Origin: Gemmatales bacterium
Lineage (GTDB): Bacteria; Planctomycetota; Planctomycetia; Gemmatales; HRBIN36
DNA length: 64,000 nucleotides
Assembly (NCBI GenBank): GCA_041640595.1
Contig: JBEPZY010000001.1
Coordinates: 352,001-416,000 of the forward strand
Direction of reading: 5' to 3'
A model generated the notes under the pieces. That model searched no databases. It saw only the letters and a list, made by a program, of their open reading frames with translations, and was not told where the DNA came from. The position numbers and the translations under genes are program-made. This document shows, piece after piece, positions 51,486-62,557 of this stretch (position 1 is its first letter; every line of letters begins with the position of its first letter).

Positions 51486-52781
51486 CTAAGCAGTTTTCCG
51501 CTGCGCCACAAGGGTTTTGTCGAATAAAGGTTCTTCGCCGCGCACGACTTTGTCTGTTACCACAAAGCGCCCTTTATGCTCTAACTCGGGAAGATAAAAC
51601 ATGATGTCCATCATCAGCTCATCAACGATGGCACGAAGGCCACGGGCACCTGTATCCTTTTCTTTCGCTTTGCGAGCGATTTCGTGCAAAGCTGCTTCGG
51701 TGAACACCAGCTCCGCACCTTCCATTTCGAAGAACTTCTGGTACTGACGAACAAGCGCGTTCTTCGGCTCAGTCAAGATGCGAACCAGGGCATTATGATC
51801 GAGTGGCTCGAGGGGGGCGATAATAGGTAGGCGGCCAACGAATTCGGGGATCATGCCGAATTCTATTAGATCATCGCTGGTAACTTTGGACAGCAATTCT
51901 CCAAGGCTATGTTCGCGGGCAAGGGGATCGGAACCAAACCCAATAGTTTTCTTGCCAATACGGCGAGCAATGATGTTTTCCAAACCAACAAACGTGCCGC
52001 CGCAAATAAAGAGAATGTGTGTGGTGTCCACCTGGATGTACTGCTGTTCTGGGTGTTTGCGACCGCCTTGCGGGGGAACATTGCTAATGGTACCTTCCAG
52101 CATCTTCAAGAGCGCTTGCTGAACGCCTTCGCCACTCACGTCTCGGGTAATGCTGACATTGTGGTGGGTTTTGGCGATTTTATCAATTTCGTCAATGTAA
52201 ACGATACCACGCTGGGCAGCCTCAATGTCAAAGTCGGCAGCATGCAGCAATTTCAAAAGCAGATTTTCCACATCCTCACCAACATAACCTGCCTCGGTTA
52301 ACGTAGTGGCGTCGCCAATGGCGAAGGGAACATCGAGAATCCTGGCAAGAGTGCGAGCAAGTAACGTTTTTCCACTACCGGTCGGGCCGATCAACAGAAT
52401 GTTGCTTTTGTCTAGCTCTACGTCGCTACGTCCGCCAGACTCGTACAGGTTGATGCGCTTGTAATGATTATGCACGGCCACAGAAAGAACTTTCTTGGCG
52501 TACTCTTGCCCGATGACATATTCGTCGAGTTTTTGTTTAATTTGGCGCGGGGTGGGAATGTTGCGGAACAGGCCCCGAGTTTGACCACGTCGGCGTTTTT
52601 CCTGCTCGATAATGGACTGGCACAATTCGACGCACTCTCCGCAAATGAAGACATCGCCCGGACCCTCTACGAGTGGCCCAACGTCGCGGTAGCTTTTTCT
52701 GCAAAAAGAGCAAAACGCGTTCCGGTTGCGGCTGGAACCCGAGTTGCGGCGTCCACCATTGCCTGCGTCACGACCGGACAT
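51486..52781 (-). CDS. clpX: ATP-dependent Clp protease ATP-binding subunit ClpX
   Basis: CSFC...CGEC zinc finger, [13 protein letters not shown] and [14 protein letters not shown] motifs. Confidence 0.97.
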   Translation of the reverse strand: MSGRDAGNGGRRNSGSSRNRNAFCSFCRKSYRDVGPLVEGPGDVFICGECVELCQSIIEQEKRRRGQTRGLFRNIPTPRQIKQKLDEYVIGQEYAKKVLSVAVHNHYKRINLYESGGRSDVELDKSNILLIGPTGSGKTLLARTLARILDVPFAIGDATTLTEAGYVGEDVENLLLKLLHAADFDIEAAQRGIVYIDEIDKIAKTHHNVSITRDVSGEGVQQALLKMLEGTISNVPPQGGRKHPEQQYIQVDTTHILFICGGTFVGLENIIARRIGKKTIGFGSDPLAREHSLGELLSKVTSDDLIEFGMIPEFVGRLPIIAPLEPLDHNALVRILTEPKNALVRQYQKFFEMEGAELVFTEAALHEIARKAKEKDTGARGLRAIVDELMMDIMFYLPELEHKGRFVVTDKVVRGEEPLFDKTLVAQRKTA

Positions 52782-52954
52782 GAAATCTCCTTCGTCTTTC
52801 ATCATGGCTGGCCTGGTTTGCTTTGTTGGTAGCTCTGTGGTAGGGGGTGGCGTAATTCTGCCGGCTGATACTAGCTAAGACGGGATAGTGAAATCACTCG
52901 ATTTTACCGCCAGAACTTCCTGTAATCAAGCAAATAGCCGTTCCCAGCCGACTT

Positions 52955-53467
52955 TTATTTGGGCGGCGAATCGCTATCGTTCTTTTGTTCCTTGTCCTGG
53001 GGTTGACCAGTATTTTCGGACGGTACGGACTCGGTGTAAGTTTCCGATTCGAGAATGGGTAACTCTTCCGGCGAAGGTTCGGTCTGGGCGGGTAATCCCT
53101 GTGTGGGTATTGCTTCTCCTGCAAGCCGTCCAACCAGCAAACGGCGAACCCTTGCGAATTCTTCGGGGCTCATCTCGCCGCGTCGCAATGCTTCCTGAAA
53201 TTCCTCAAGCAGTTCACGGTCGGCCTCTTTGCGTTGCTGGCTTCGGAGATATATTGCACGTGCTGCCGACAAGACCACCACGGCCAGACAAATCGCTGCT
53301 AACAGGAGTATCCAGAGCCAAAATAGTTCCTGCACTGCCTGGCCTTGTTCCGATGCTAAGCCGACCAGGCTTGATATTGCCCAGCTGTGCACCAACCCGG
53401 ATTTTTGCATCATGGCTACAATTCGATTATACAGCAAAGCCGGGCCAGTTGCTACCAGCCAGGTCAT
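52955..53467 (-). CDS. Hypothetical membrane protein
   Basis: TM segment followed by RRGEMSPEEFARVRRLL (SHOCT-like) and an acidic tail. Start uncertain. Confidence 0.55.
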   Translation of the reverse strand: MTWLVATGPALLYNRIVAMMQKSGLVHSWAISSLVGLASEQGQAVQELFWLWILLLAAICLAVVVLSAARAIYLRSQQRKEADRELLEEFQEALRRGEMSPEEFARVRRLLVGRLAGEAIPTQGLPAQTEPSPEELPILESETYTESVPSENTGQPQDKEQKNDSDSPPK

Positions 53468-54216
53468 GCCGATACCGCAGTTGATTCGGCCGGTGCAACA
53501 CGGCTGATCCAAATGTCGCCGAACAGAGTTTCCTGTTCGACCGTGACCTGACGGGTCCGAATCAATTCGAGCAAGCCGAGGAAAAAGCCTACCAACCGGC
53601 CCCGGGTATGCGGTGGTTCGAAAATCTCGCGAAACGGCAGACGCGATGTGGTGGCCAGCCGTTGCAGAATTCGGGAGATGAACACCTGGGTGGGGGTTTC
53701 ATCAAAAACGATTCGGTGCGGTTGCACAGCAAGGGTCTCGCGCATCAGCCGGCAGAACGCACTGACCAGGTCCCAGATTTCCACTGCACGGATCGGCTCA
53801 CCGCTGGGATCACGATCCTGGTTTGGTTTTTCATGCACTCGCCTGGCAAACCGCGCAGCCTGCTGATGCACCTGCTGCTCAATCCGTTGAGCTGCCTCTT
53901 TGAATTTTCGGTATTCAATCAGTTGGCGTACCAAATCGAGGCGTGGGTCAACGTCTTGCTCATCGTTCTCTTCGTCGCGGGGCAAGAGCATACGGCTCTT
54001 GATTTCCATCAGTGTGCTGGCCAGGACGACAAATTCGCCTACACGCTCCGGGTCAAGCATGCGTAACATCTCGAGGTACTGCAGATACTGGTCGGTGATA
54101 CGCGCGATGGGAATGTCGAAGATATCCACCTCTTCTCGCTCGACCAGATAAAGTAACAGGTCGAGCGGGCCGCGAAAGATGTCCAGTTCGACCAGATAAT
54201 CATGCGTGGGAACCAT
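53464..54216 (-). CDS. scpA: Segregation/condensation protein A
   Basis: FRGPLDLLLYLV, IKSRMLLP and FLGLLEL motifs. Confidence 0.9.
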   Translation of the reverse strand: MVPTHDYLVELDIFRGPLDLLLYLVEREEVDIFDIPIARITDQYLQYLEMLRMLDPERVGEFVVLASTLMEIKSRMLLPRDEENDEQDVDPRLDLVRQLIEYRKFKEAAQRIEQQVHQQAARFARRVHEKPNQDRDPSGEPIRAVEIWDLVSAFCRLMRETLAVQPHRIVFDETPTQVFISRILQRLATTSRLPFREIFEPPHTRGRLVGFFLGLLELIRTRQVTVEQETLFGDIWISRVAPAESTAVSA

Positions 54217-54217
54217 T

Positions 54218-55093
54218 TCAGCTGGCAAGCAGCACCTTGCGGACGGTGGCACCGATCTCGGCCGGGCTGTCGGCAACGGTGACACCGGCGGCCTTTAAAG
54301 CAGCAATCTTACTGGCAGCAGTTCCTGCACCTCCGGATATAATCGCTCCAGCGTGTCCCATCCGTTTACCAGGTGGCGCCGTGCGGCCAGCAATGAATGC
54401 CACCACTGGTTTGGTTATGTACTGGCGAATGAAAGCAGATGCTTCCTCTTCCTGATTGCCGCCAATTTCTCCGATAAGCACGATGGCCTCGGTCTGGGGG
54501 TCGTTCTCAAACATACGCAGCGCGTCAATAAAACTGGTACCGTTGACCGGATCCCCTCCCAGGCCGACACAGGTAGATTGTCCTAGCCCCAGTTGCGTAA
54601 GCTGCCAGACGGCTTCGTAAGTAAGAGTACCACTGCGACTCACGATCCCAACATTACCGGGCCGGTGAATGTAACCAGGCATAATGCCGACCTTACATTG
54701 GCCCGGCGTTATGACGCCAGGGCAATTGGGCCCAATGAGGCGACATTGTGGCTTATGTCGGAGTTGCTCCATCACCCTAACCATATCGAGCACGGGAATT
54801 CCCTCGGTGATCGCAATGATCAAACGAATGCCAGCATCGGCGGCTTCCAGGATCGCGTCAGCCGCTGCTGGTGGCGGTACGAAAACCATGCTGGTATCGG
54901 CTCCGGTTTTTCGCACAGCTTCGTGAACCGTGTTGAATAACGGAAAACCATCTTTGCTGGTTCCGCCTTTGCCGGGTGTAACGCCGCCCACGATTTGTGT
55001 CCCGTACTCCCGACATTGCTGAGAATGAAATAATCCGGCTTTCCCCATGCCCTGCGTAATTACTCGCGTATGTTTATCCACCAGGATGCTCAT
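54218..55093 (-). CDS. sucD: Succinyl-CoA synthetase alpha subunit
   Basis: [15 protein letters not shown] and MGHAGA motifs. Confidence 0.97.
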   Translation of the reverse strand: MSILVDKHTRVITQGMGKAGLFHSQQCREYGTQIVGGVTPGKGGTSKDGFPLFNTVHEAVRKTGADTSMVFVPPPAAADAILEAADAGIRLIIAITEGIPVLDMVRVMEQLRHKPQCRLIGPNCPGVITPGQCKVGIMPGYIHRPGNVGIVSRSGTLTYEAVWQLTQLGLGQSTCVGLGGDPVNGTSFIDALRMFENDPQTEAIVLIGEIGGNQEEEASAFIRQYITKPVVAFIAGRTAPPGKRMGHAGAIISGGAGTAASKIAALKAAGVTVADSPAEIGATVRKVLLAS

Positions 55094-55203
55094 TGCTTGC
55101 CTCGCTTCGGATCAATTGACCGCACAAAGCAGCGGATCTTCGGGTTGAAAGAGTCTGAGGGTCGGGTTAGCTATGCATTTGACGATTCGGGGTTACATTG
55201 CGC

Positions 55204-56403
55204 CTAGGAAGAAGCGGTGTTTGCGGCAGCGACGGCTTTTTTCGCAGCCTCGCTGAGAGTTTCGGCAGTGATAATGTTCAGACCACTTTCTTTCAGGAGT
55301 TGCCGGGCCAGTTCGACGTTGGTTCCTTCCAGCCGCACAATGAGCGGTACGCGGAAACCTACTTCCCGAGCGGCGGCGATGATGGCTGCCGCTATGGTGT
55401 CGCACTTCATGATCCCGCCAAAGATGTTGACCAGTACGGCGCGGACATTCGGGTCGCTGAGCAAGATGCGAAAAGCCTCGGTGACTTGTTCCTGGCTAGC
55501 TCCGCCGCCAACGTCCAGAAAGTTAGCAGGTTCGCCGCCGTGGAGTTTGATGATGTCCATGGTGGCCATGGCCAGACCAGCACCGTTGACCAGACAGCCA
55601 ATATTACCATTCATGCTGACGTAACTAAGCCCCGCCTGCTTGGCTCGCCATTCCCGCGGGTCTTCTTCGTCCAGGTCACGGAGCCGCTCAATTTCGGGAT
55701 GGCGGAACAAAGCGTTGTCGTCAAAGTTGATTTTGGCGTCCACAACAAGAACGCGACCGTCGTCTGTTACGGCCACCGGGTTAATTTCGGCAAGACTGCA
55801 GTCTTTTTCGATGAAGACTTTAGCCAGTGCGGAGACCAGCCTTTCCGCTGCTGGCACCTGATCGTTCTGGAAACCGAGTTCGTATGCGAGGCGACGAGCC
55901 TGGAACGGTGCTAGTCCGCGGTCAGGAGAAAAGGGCACGCGCAAAATACTTTCCGGATTCCGGGCCGCTATTTCTTCAATGTCCACTCCACCTTCAGCAC
56001 AGGCCATCAAAACCGGACATCCGCGACCGCGATCCACCACGGCACCAAGATAAACTTCCCGACGAATCTCGACAGCCTCCTGTACCAGGACTTTGCGAAC
56101 GCGCTGACCAGAGGGTCCCGTCTGGCGCGTTACCAGTGGAAAGCGGAGCATTGTTTCGACAACATCCCGGCATTCGTCAACGTTATGCACAATTTGCACA
56201 CCCCCGTAGGGCCTATCGCTACCAGCAAACCGGCCTTTTCCGCGACCGCCAGCGTGTATCTGCGCCTTGATGACCGCCCGTTGTCCGCCGAGACGCGCGA
56301 ATGCTTCCAGGGCACTCTCGACACTCTCCGCGACGAATCCGGGTACCACCGGAGCACCCGCTTGAGCAAGCAGCTCTTTCGCCTGGTATTCGTGAATTTT
56401 CAT
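55204..56403 (-). CDS. sucC: Succinyl-CoA synthetase beta subunit
   Basis: MKIHEYQAK, KAQIHAGGRGK, NGAGLAMATMD and NIFGGI motifs. Confidence 0.97.
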   Translation of the reverse strand: MKIHEYQAKELLAQAGAPVVPGFVAESVESALEAFARLGGQRAVIKAQIHAGGRGKGRFAGSDRPYGGVQIVHNVDECRDVVETMLRFPLVTRQTGPSGQRVRKVLVQEAVEIRREVYLGAVVDRGRGCPVLMACAEGGVDIEEIAARNPESILRVPFSPDRGLAPFQARRLAYELGFQNDQVPAAERLVSALAKVFIEKDCSLAEINPVAVTDDGRVLVVDAKINFDDNALFRHPEIERLRDLDEEDPREWRAKQAGLSYVSMNGNIGCLVNGAGLAMATMDIIKLHGGEPANFLDVGGGASQEQVTEAFRILLSDPNVRAVLVNIFGGIMKCDTIAAAIIAAAREVGFRVPLIVRLEGTNVELARQLLKESGLNIITAETLSEAAKKAVAAANTASS

Positions 56404-56818
56404 GCCATTTCCTTTGTGGTGTGTGCCAGACAGCAAAGCCTAATTCGATTGTGTCGAGCGCAATGGTATTTCCTTCCGGCCGGGTCAGATGATAGTTCGG
56501 AGGCGACCATGCCGGCCAGCATGAGGTTCGCGCCTTTGCGAAAAGTGTATTGCCAAAGCCGCCCTCTTGGTAGTTCCTATTCGGTTGCTCACCATGACGA
56601 AGTTGTCTTTCTTGTGGGCGACCGTGTCGTCCCGAAACAATGGGTCGGTCTATCCAGGATTTCGCTCAACCTGGGCAAGAAGGAGAGCCGGACAGGATCG
56701 TTGCGTGAAGCTGGGTTTGCCCAAGCGTTTGGCTCCGCATGACTTTGAACCGACGGTGCGGCTTGCCGTCTTATCCAGGGCAGCGTAGGTTTTCTTAGGA
56801 ATTCTCACGTGGGAGATA

Positions 56819-59677
56819 ATGAGCATGGCTGCGCAGGTACACGTCTGTCCACAGTGCCAACGACCCAACCCATCTGAGGCCACTTACTGTTACTATGACG
56901 GGGCAATTCTAATTTCGACCGCGGCAATGGGCTACGGCCCGGTGAACGTGGCCAGTTTACCTTTTCCTCGGCCGTTCGTTTTTCCGTCCGGTCGCATGTG
57001 TCGCACTTTCAATGAACTAGCGATGGCTATTGTTCAGGAGTGGCAGGCTGCCCGCGACTTACTGGTGGGTGGCTTTTTCGAGTCGTTTCTTGGCGGAATT
57101 GGCCGTGCCGATCTAGCACTGGCTGCACGCCAGGCTGCGCAATTCCCCGACGCCGACCGTGGACTGGACCAGCTGCTGGGGCGATTGCCTTCGGACTCGG
57201 AAGTGATCCGCCCCGCCAAGCTTGCTGCCGAGCCGTTACAGGTCAATCTCGGCACAATGCAAATCGGCCAGGACAATCGTTTCGAGTTGCACCTGGCCAA
57301 CCAGGGAATGCGCTTGCTCTATGGTACTGTCTCAGTAACGAACACCCCCTGGTTAGTGCTGGGTGAAGCCCCGGGCGTGCAAGAGAAAGCTTTCAAGTGC
57401 GAGCGAGAGCTGGTCATCCCGGTGCAGGTGGTGGGCCACAAGCTGCGGGCCAGTTTGAAACCGCTCGTCGGAAAAATCGTCATTGACTCCAACGGCGGCA
57501 AGGCAGAAGTAACCGTTACTGTTCAGGTGCCAGTCAAGCCTTTCCCCGAAGGTATCTTGCAGGGTGCACAAACACCACGCCAGTTGGCTGAACGAGCGTT
57601 CAAACAGCCAAAAGAAGCGGCCGTTTATTTCGAGACCGGAAAGGTAAAGGAGTGGTACGAAGCAAACGGTTGGACATACGGTGTGCAAGGGCCTCCGGCC
57701 AACGGACTGGCAGCAGTTCAGCAGTTCCTCGAGGCCTGCGGCTGGACTACTCCACCTCGCGTCGAATGCGAAACGCGGGAAGTGCAGCTGGAAGGACCAG
57801 TTAACGGCAAACTCGAGTTCAGCGTTCGTGTCAAGGGCTTGGATCCCAAGCCGGTCTTTGCCTGGGCAGTGAGTAACCAGCCCTGGTTGGTGCCCGGTAA
57901 AGCACATTGTGCTGGCCGAATAGCCACCGTACCGGTTACGATCCCACAAATTCTTGCGCCGAGCAATGGCGATCGGCTTCAAGCGGAACTCACGGTAACC
58001 AGTAACGGGCGGGCCAAATTTACTATTCCGGTTACCGTTCGAGTTTCAGGGTTCGTACCTCCGCCCCCGCCGCAAGCCGCAGCACCGTCGGCATCCGTTG
58101 CCGAAGCAACGCCCGGCATGCAAATTCCAGAGCCGGTCGCAGCTGCGGAATCAAGTTCAGCAGCGGAGAGTTCGCCGTTTGCCTTCGGCGAAGCGTCTTT
58201 GTCCGAATTGTCGGGTGCCCGAGGACGTTCTGCGAGCGAAGGCGTCTCTTTGCTCGACGAAGAGCAGGTTGCCTCTGTTCCAATTCGGCGACGCTCAGAT
58301 TACGGCTGGATCCATCTGTTGCCGTTGGCTTTGCTGCTTGTGATTCTGGCAAGTTTGGTGGTTGTGGACATTTTCCGGCGACCGGGAGCGATTCACGCAA
58401 CAGACAAACCGCCTCTCGAAGCCAACGTCGAGAAACAGGAGCTGCTGGATGATACGCCCTATCTCCGCATTAGGTTCAATTCCAATCAGGGGTACCGCCA
58501 GCGTTTTGGCATCGTCATCCCCGGTGGACAGGGTAACCCGGACAAAGCCCTGACTTTTATGGATCGCGATTTTAAAGGGCGATTGAGCAACCCGGGTAGA
58601 ACAAGCAACTTGTGCATCCGTTACGACGGCAAGGACTTTTTGTTTGGGCGGCGAGGGGACGGCCAGCCGAGCGTAATTCACGTGCGCGCTCACAGCGACC
58701 GTAAAGCCGAGGCTCAAGCAGACGGCTACATGCCGGTTGAACAGCCAGTCGCTGGTGAAAAGCATCATGTTTATCGCAGTGTCTTCATTTATAGCGACGA
58801 GAATCAGCGTGACCCTGAAGGCGATCCGGTCGGGATTCGTGTAACTCAAGAGGTGTCCTTGCGGCGCTCAGATGTGTCCCGGAAATACGAGGTCGTTCTG
58901 GTTCGTTTCGTTGTCGAAAATACCGGTTCCAAACCACATCGCGTCGGCTTACGGTACATGCTGGACACGTTTATCGGCAGCAACGATGGCGTGCCCTTCC
59001 TTGTTCCGGGTCAGGATCGCTTGATTCAGGACAAAGCGGAATTTCGAGGCCAGGATATTCCGCAGTTCATACAGGCTCTGGAAAAAGCTGACCTGCAAAA
59101 TCCCGGAACGGTTGCCCACCTGATGTTGCAGCTTCCGGGCTCGCGTTATGAGCCGCCAGAGCGAGTCGTAATCGCCGCCTGGCCGGATAGTAAATTGGGC
59201 GGACGATGCAGGGGGCATTCTACGGAATGGGAGCCCGATTTTCATCCCATCACCAAGACTTCGGATTCGGCTGTGTTTATTTACTGGGCAGAGAAGGAGT
59301 TGTCCCCCGGAGAAAAACGCGAGATGGGCTTTGCTTACGGGCTAGGACAACTTTCGCCGAGCCTCGCTGCTGGCGGCAAGACGCAGCTGGCCATGAGTGT
59401 CAGCGGTGCATTACGCAGAGGCAGCGATTTCACCGTAACCGCATACGTTGCCAACTCGGAGCGTGGTCAGCAAATTGAAATTCGCTTGCCGGAAGGATTC
59501 CGTCTGGTTCGGGGAGAGCCCAGGCGAAGTGTGCCAGCGGTGTCCGGTTCCTATGTTCCGATTAGTTGGCGCGTACGGGCGCCCGACCGACTGGGTGAGT
59601 TTGAAATCGCGGTGCAATTGGGCCAGCTTCAGCAAGTGCAAAAAATCCGAATTGCAGACAAGAGTTTCCTCGATTAG
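56819..59677 (+). CDS. Large single-pass membrane protein with N-terminal zinc ribbon and beta-rich (Ig-like) domains
   Basis: CPQC...CYYD, beta-strand-rich segments, central Pro/Ala/Ser linker and one TM (WIHLLPLALLLVILASLVVV). Confidence 0.75.
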   Translation: MSMAAQVHVCPQCQRPNPSEATYCYYDGAILISTAAMGYGPVNVASLPFPRPFVFPSGRMCRTFNELAMAIVQEWQAARDLLVGGFFESFLGGIGRADLALAARQAAQFPDADRGLDQLLGRLPSDSEVIRPAKLAAEPLQVNLGTMQIGQDNRFELHLANQGMRLLYGTVSVTNTPWLVLGEAPGVQEKAFKCERELVIPVQVVGHKLRASLKPLVGKIVIDSNGGKAEVTVTVQVPVKPFPEGILQGAQTPRQLAERAFKQPKEAAVYFETGKVKEWYEANGWTYGVQGPPANGLAAVQQFLEACGWTTPPRVECETREVQLEGPVNGKLEFSVRVKGLDPKPVFAWAVSNQPWLVPGKAHCAGRIATVPVTIPQILAPSNGDRLQAELTVTSNGRAKFTIPVTVRVSGFVPPPPPQAAAPSASVAEATPGMQIPEPVAAAESSSAAESSPFAFGEASLSELSGARGRSASEGVSLLDEEQVASVPIRRRSDYGWIHLLPLALLLVILASLVVVDIFRRPGAIHATDKPPLEANVEKQELLDDTPYLRIRFNSNQGYRQRFGIVIPGGQGNPDKALTFMDRDFKGRLSNPGRTSNLCIRYDGKDFLFGRRGDGQPSVIHVRAHSDRKAEAQADGYMPVEQPVAGEKHHVYRSVFIYSDENQRDPEGDPVGIRVTQEVSLRRSDVSRKYEVVLVRFVVENTGSKPHRVGLRYMLDTFIGSNDGVPFLVPGQDRLIQDKAEFRGQDIPQFIQALEKADLQNPGTVAHLMLQLPGSRYEPPERVVIAAWPDSKLGGRCRGHSTEWEPDFHPITKTSDSAVFIYWAEKELSPGEKREMGFAYGLGQLSPSLAAGGKTQLAMSVSGALRRGSDFTVTAYVANSERGQQIEIRLPEGFRLVRGEPRRSVPAVSGSYVPISWRVRAPDRLGEFEIAVQLGQLQQVQKIRIADKSFLD

Positions 59678-59783
59678 GCGGTAATCAAGTGCGACCGTGC
59701 TCGCAATTGGCGAGGCCCATGCTGGTGCAACGGCATATTTCTGACTCCGAGGATAGTACCGGAGTCGGATTCCCTGACGCGGT

Positions 59784-60092
59784 TCAAACACGCTGGCGAG
59801 CGAGTTCGGCTTTAGCGCGTCGCAGCACCTCGTTCAGGTGCTCCAGCAAAAAATCACTGAGCAGCAAAGCCTCTTCTGCGTTTTCAAACAATTTATCCAG
59901 CGAGTTTTTGAGAGCCTGAACAGTAGGGAAGCGGCTCTTTTTGCGAGTGGGTCGGCTGACTTCGTGGAAATCCGCCAGGGTGGTAAACAGTCCCGCATGA
60001 AAATGTTCGCTTAACTCGCGGGCACATTTCTCAGACTGGGTCAATAATTCCTGCAAGGTCATGCGGTTAATCGGTTTCGGCGGTCGTTTCAT
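59784..60092 (-). CDS. Hypothetical helical protein
   Basis: 102-aa ORF with GGAG-like RBS and amphipathic helical pattern. Confidence 0.65.
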   Translation of the reverse strand: MKRPPKPINRMTLQELLTQSEKCARELSEHFHAGLFTTLADFHEVSRPTRKKSRFPTVQALKNSLDKLFENAEEALLLSDFLLEHLNEVLRRAKAELARQRV

Positions 60093-60295
60093 GGCCAGCT
60101 CCGTGGAACTGGATAGTTTTCAAAACAATTCCGGTTCGCCAACCCTCCGCGCTGGTTGCAGGGCACCGCAGTCGTTTGTATTATACACTTATTCCGGCGA
60201 ATGGTGCAACGGGAACAGACAACCGAAGCCGGCATTGCTAGCCTCGGTCGCAAAATCCAGCAGCTAGGTGTTACGGAAATTTTTGGACAGCAGCT

Positions 60296-61084
60296 ATGCG
60301 TATTCTGATCCTGGCGGACATACATGGCAACTGGCCAGCACTGCGAACTATCCGTGAGCCTCATGATCTTTGTGTGTTCCTCGGCGACCTGGTGGATTAC
60401 GCTCTGAATCCTGGTCCGTGTGTGGATTGGGTTCGGCAATACTGTCAGATTGCAGTACGCGGTAACCATGACCACGCCGCTGCTCAGCGAGCGCAGACCA
60501 ACGGAAGGAGTGGTTTCAAATATCTCAGTGGTTTGACCCGCCAGATAACGTGGGAGAAGTTGAATCGTGAACAATTGCGGTTTTTAGGGACTTTACCGAC
60601 GATGCGCTGGGCGACGCTGGACCACCGGCGATTCTTGTTCGTACATGCTACGCCCACCGACCCGCTTGATGAGTACGTTTACGACGACCCAGAGGCCTGG
60701 GCACGCCGACTGGAACGAGTTGAGGCAGATGTGATTTGTGTCGGCCACACTCACATTCCTTTTGTCCTGCCTGTTGGTAACAAATTGGTAATCAACCCAG
60801 GAAGCGTCGGCCAACCGCGGGATGGCGATCCTCGCCTTTCTTACGCCATCTGGCAAGATGGCCGCGTCGAAATCAAACGCCTGGAATACCCGGTCGAGGA
60901 AGTGATCGCAGAGATTCAGGCAAGCTCGCTGCCCGATCTCGCCAAGCGACTCTCCATAGAGGCATTTCGTACCGGGGCCGGTGTCCTGAACGGGGTTGAT
61001 CAAAACGAACCGAAGATAAGCAGCAGTGAAACAAATAGCCCGGTCGCTGTTGTTGGGGCAGCTAATGACAGTGCTCGCGGATGA
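60296..61084 (+). CDS. Metallophosphoesterase (YfcE/MJ0936-like)
   Basis: ADIHGN, GDLVDY, RGNHD, GHTH and NPGSVGQPRDGD motifs. Confidence 0.92.
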   Translation: MRILILADIHGNWPALRTIREPHDLCVFLGDLVDYALNPGPCVDWVRQYCQIAVRGNHDHAAAQRAQTNGRSGFKYLSGLTRQITWEKLNREQLRFLGTLPTMRWATLDHRRFLFVHATPTDPLDEYVYDDPEAWARRLERVEADVICVGHTHIPFVLPVGNKLVINPGSVGQPRDGDPRLSYAIWQDGRVEIKRLEYPVEEVIAEIQASSLPDLAKRLSIEAFRTGAGVLNGVDQNEPKISSSETNSPVAVVGAANDSARG

Positions 61085-61233
61085 GCCGTGTTACAGCCGA
61101 CGACGCCGTAGTCCATACTTTACCGGGAGAGTCGTCCCTCGTACCGGGCAATTCGTGAACGCGAATATTTCAGTGGCGGATTCCTTGTGATTCAAGGTTG
61201 GCAACGAACAGCGGGTTGCAGTAGAACAGCCCG

Positions 61234-62280
61234 CTACTTTGGGGGCGACCGATGTGAACGGGCATCTTGGTTTCCGCTACGGGAGCGCAGCTTTTCCAAA
61301 AATCGCATCAAATCAGAGGGTAATTCCGACCGAAAGCTCAGCCAAACGTCGCGGGTGGGATGGGTGAAGCCCAGCTCAGCTGCGTGGAGTGCCAGGCGCG
61401 GTGCACCGCTGCGATCCGGGATGGGTTCTCCGAACAGCGGTTTGTTGTACACTGTCTCTCCGCAGAGTGGATGTCCAAGCTCGGCCAGGTGAATGCGAAT
61501 CTGGTGAGTGCGGCCCGTTTCCAGCCGACATTCGACCAGCGTGTAATCGCCTAAACACTCCAGCGGTTTCACATGCGTAATGGCAAGTTTTCCGACTCGC
61601 GGTAAGGTAGTACTCCCTCGGCGACCATCGCCCCGATCCCTGACCAGTCGGGAAACAATGGTGCGGGGTTGAACGAGACCGTGGGCAATGGCCAGGTAAA
61701 CACGGTGAATGCTGTGCTTGCGGAATTGCATACCGAGTTTTCGCTCAGCCTCAACAGTGCGGGCAAACACCATCAGTCCGGACGTATCGCGATCCAGCCG
61801 ATGCACCGGACGTACTGGCGGCAACGTGCCGCGAGTCCCTCGTCCTTCATGCTCGGCGAGAAGACGAGGCAATAACTCGGCCACAGTTGGTTCGTAAACC
61901 CGTTCCTCTTCAGGGTGGCGGACCGCATTGATACCTGGAGGTTTCTCGATAACAACGACCTGAGAATCCAGGTGTCGGATGACTATATTCGGCTTTGGTC
62001 GCTTTGCGCATACTGCTTTGGTTAATATTTTCACCACGTCGGTGGGTAGCAGTCGGCGTGCGGGATCGCGGCAAACTGCACCGTTGACAAGCACCCGCCC
62101 AGACTCGATGATTTGTTTGGCCTTCGACCAGCTAACTTGGGATTGCCAGACTCGCAAAGCCGCGGCCAGGGTTTTTCCGACCAGGTCCGAACGAACGTGA
62201 TAGACCGATTCGCCTTGTTTTTGCGCCTGCGGCTTGTTATCCGCAGGGAAAAACTCTCCTGTCATGGAGGGCATTCTCAT
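61234..62280 (-). CDS. RluA-family pseudouridine synthase with S4 domain
   Basis: VHRLDRDTSG and TGRTHQIRIH motifs. Start approximate. Confidence 0.92.
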   Translation of the reverse strand: MRMPSMTGEFFPADNKPQAQKQGESVYHVRSDLVGKTLAAALRVWQSQVSWSKAKQIIESGRVLVNGAVCRDPARRLLPTDVVKILTKAVCAKRPKPNIVIRHLDSQVVVIEKPPGINAVRHPEEERVYEPTVAELLPRLLAEHEGRGTRGTLPPVRPVHRLDRDTSGLMVFARTVEAERKLGMQFRKHSIHRVYLAIAHGLVQPRTIVSRLVRDRGDGRRGSTTLPRVGKLAITHVKPLECLGDYTLVECRLETGRTHQIRIHLAELGHPLCGETVYNKPLFGEPIPDRSGAPRLALHAAELGFTHPTRDVWLSFRSELPSDLMRFLEKLRSRSGNQDARSHRSPPK

Positions 62281-62557
62281 CCGGTTGTAAAGGCCCCTTT
62301 GCCGGAACCGAAATGCTCCGCTCGATTACGCAATAGTGCAGGAGCTAGCTGGCCAATGTAGTGGCAATTGTTCTGGATCACCTGCCTGGCCAAAGACTGA
62401 ACTAAGCTCCCAATTCGCCAGGGCATTATACGCACCGGCGGAATGGACAGCCTGCGGAAGTGAGGAACCAGAACGAGTATCCGTAGCCGGAACCATTCCA
62501 GTTTCTGTTGCAAGTAGCTGAGCCGACTTTCAGACTGGTAAGCTGATGTGCCCGCTG

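Noticed and set aside
53260..53310. Possible self-target: AAICL in the host membrane protein versus spacer 8823 (AAICLVSII)
   Set aside because: The similarity is only at the level of a generic hydrophobic peptide; the nucleotides do not match. No self-targeting was noticed in the window, though this was not checked exhaustively.
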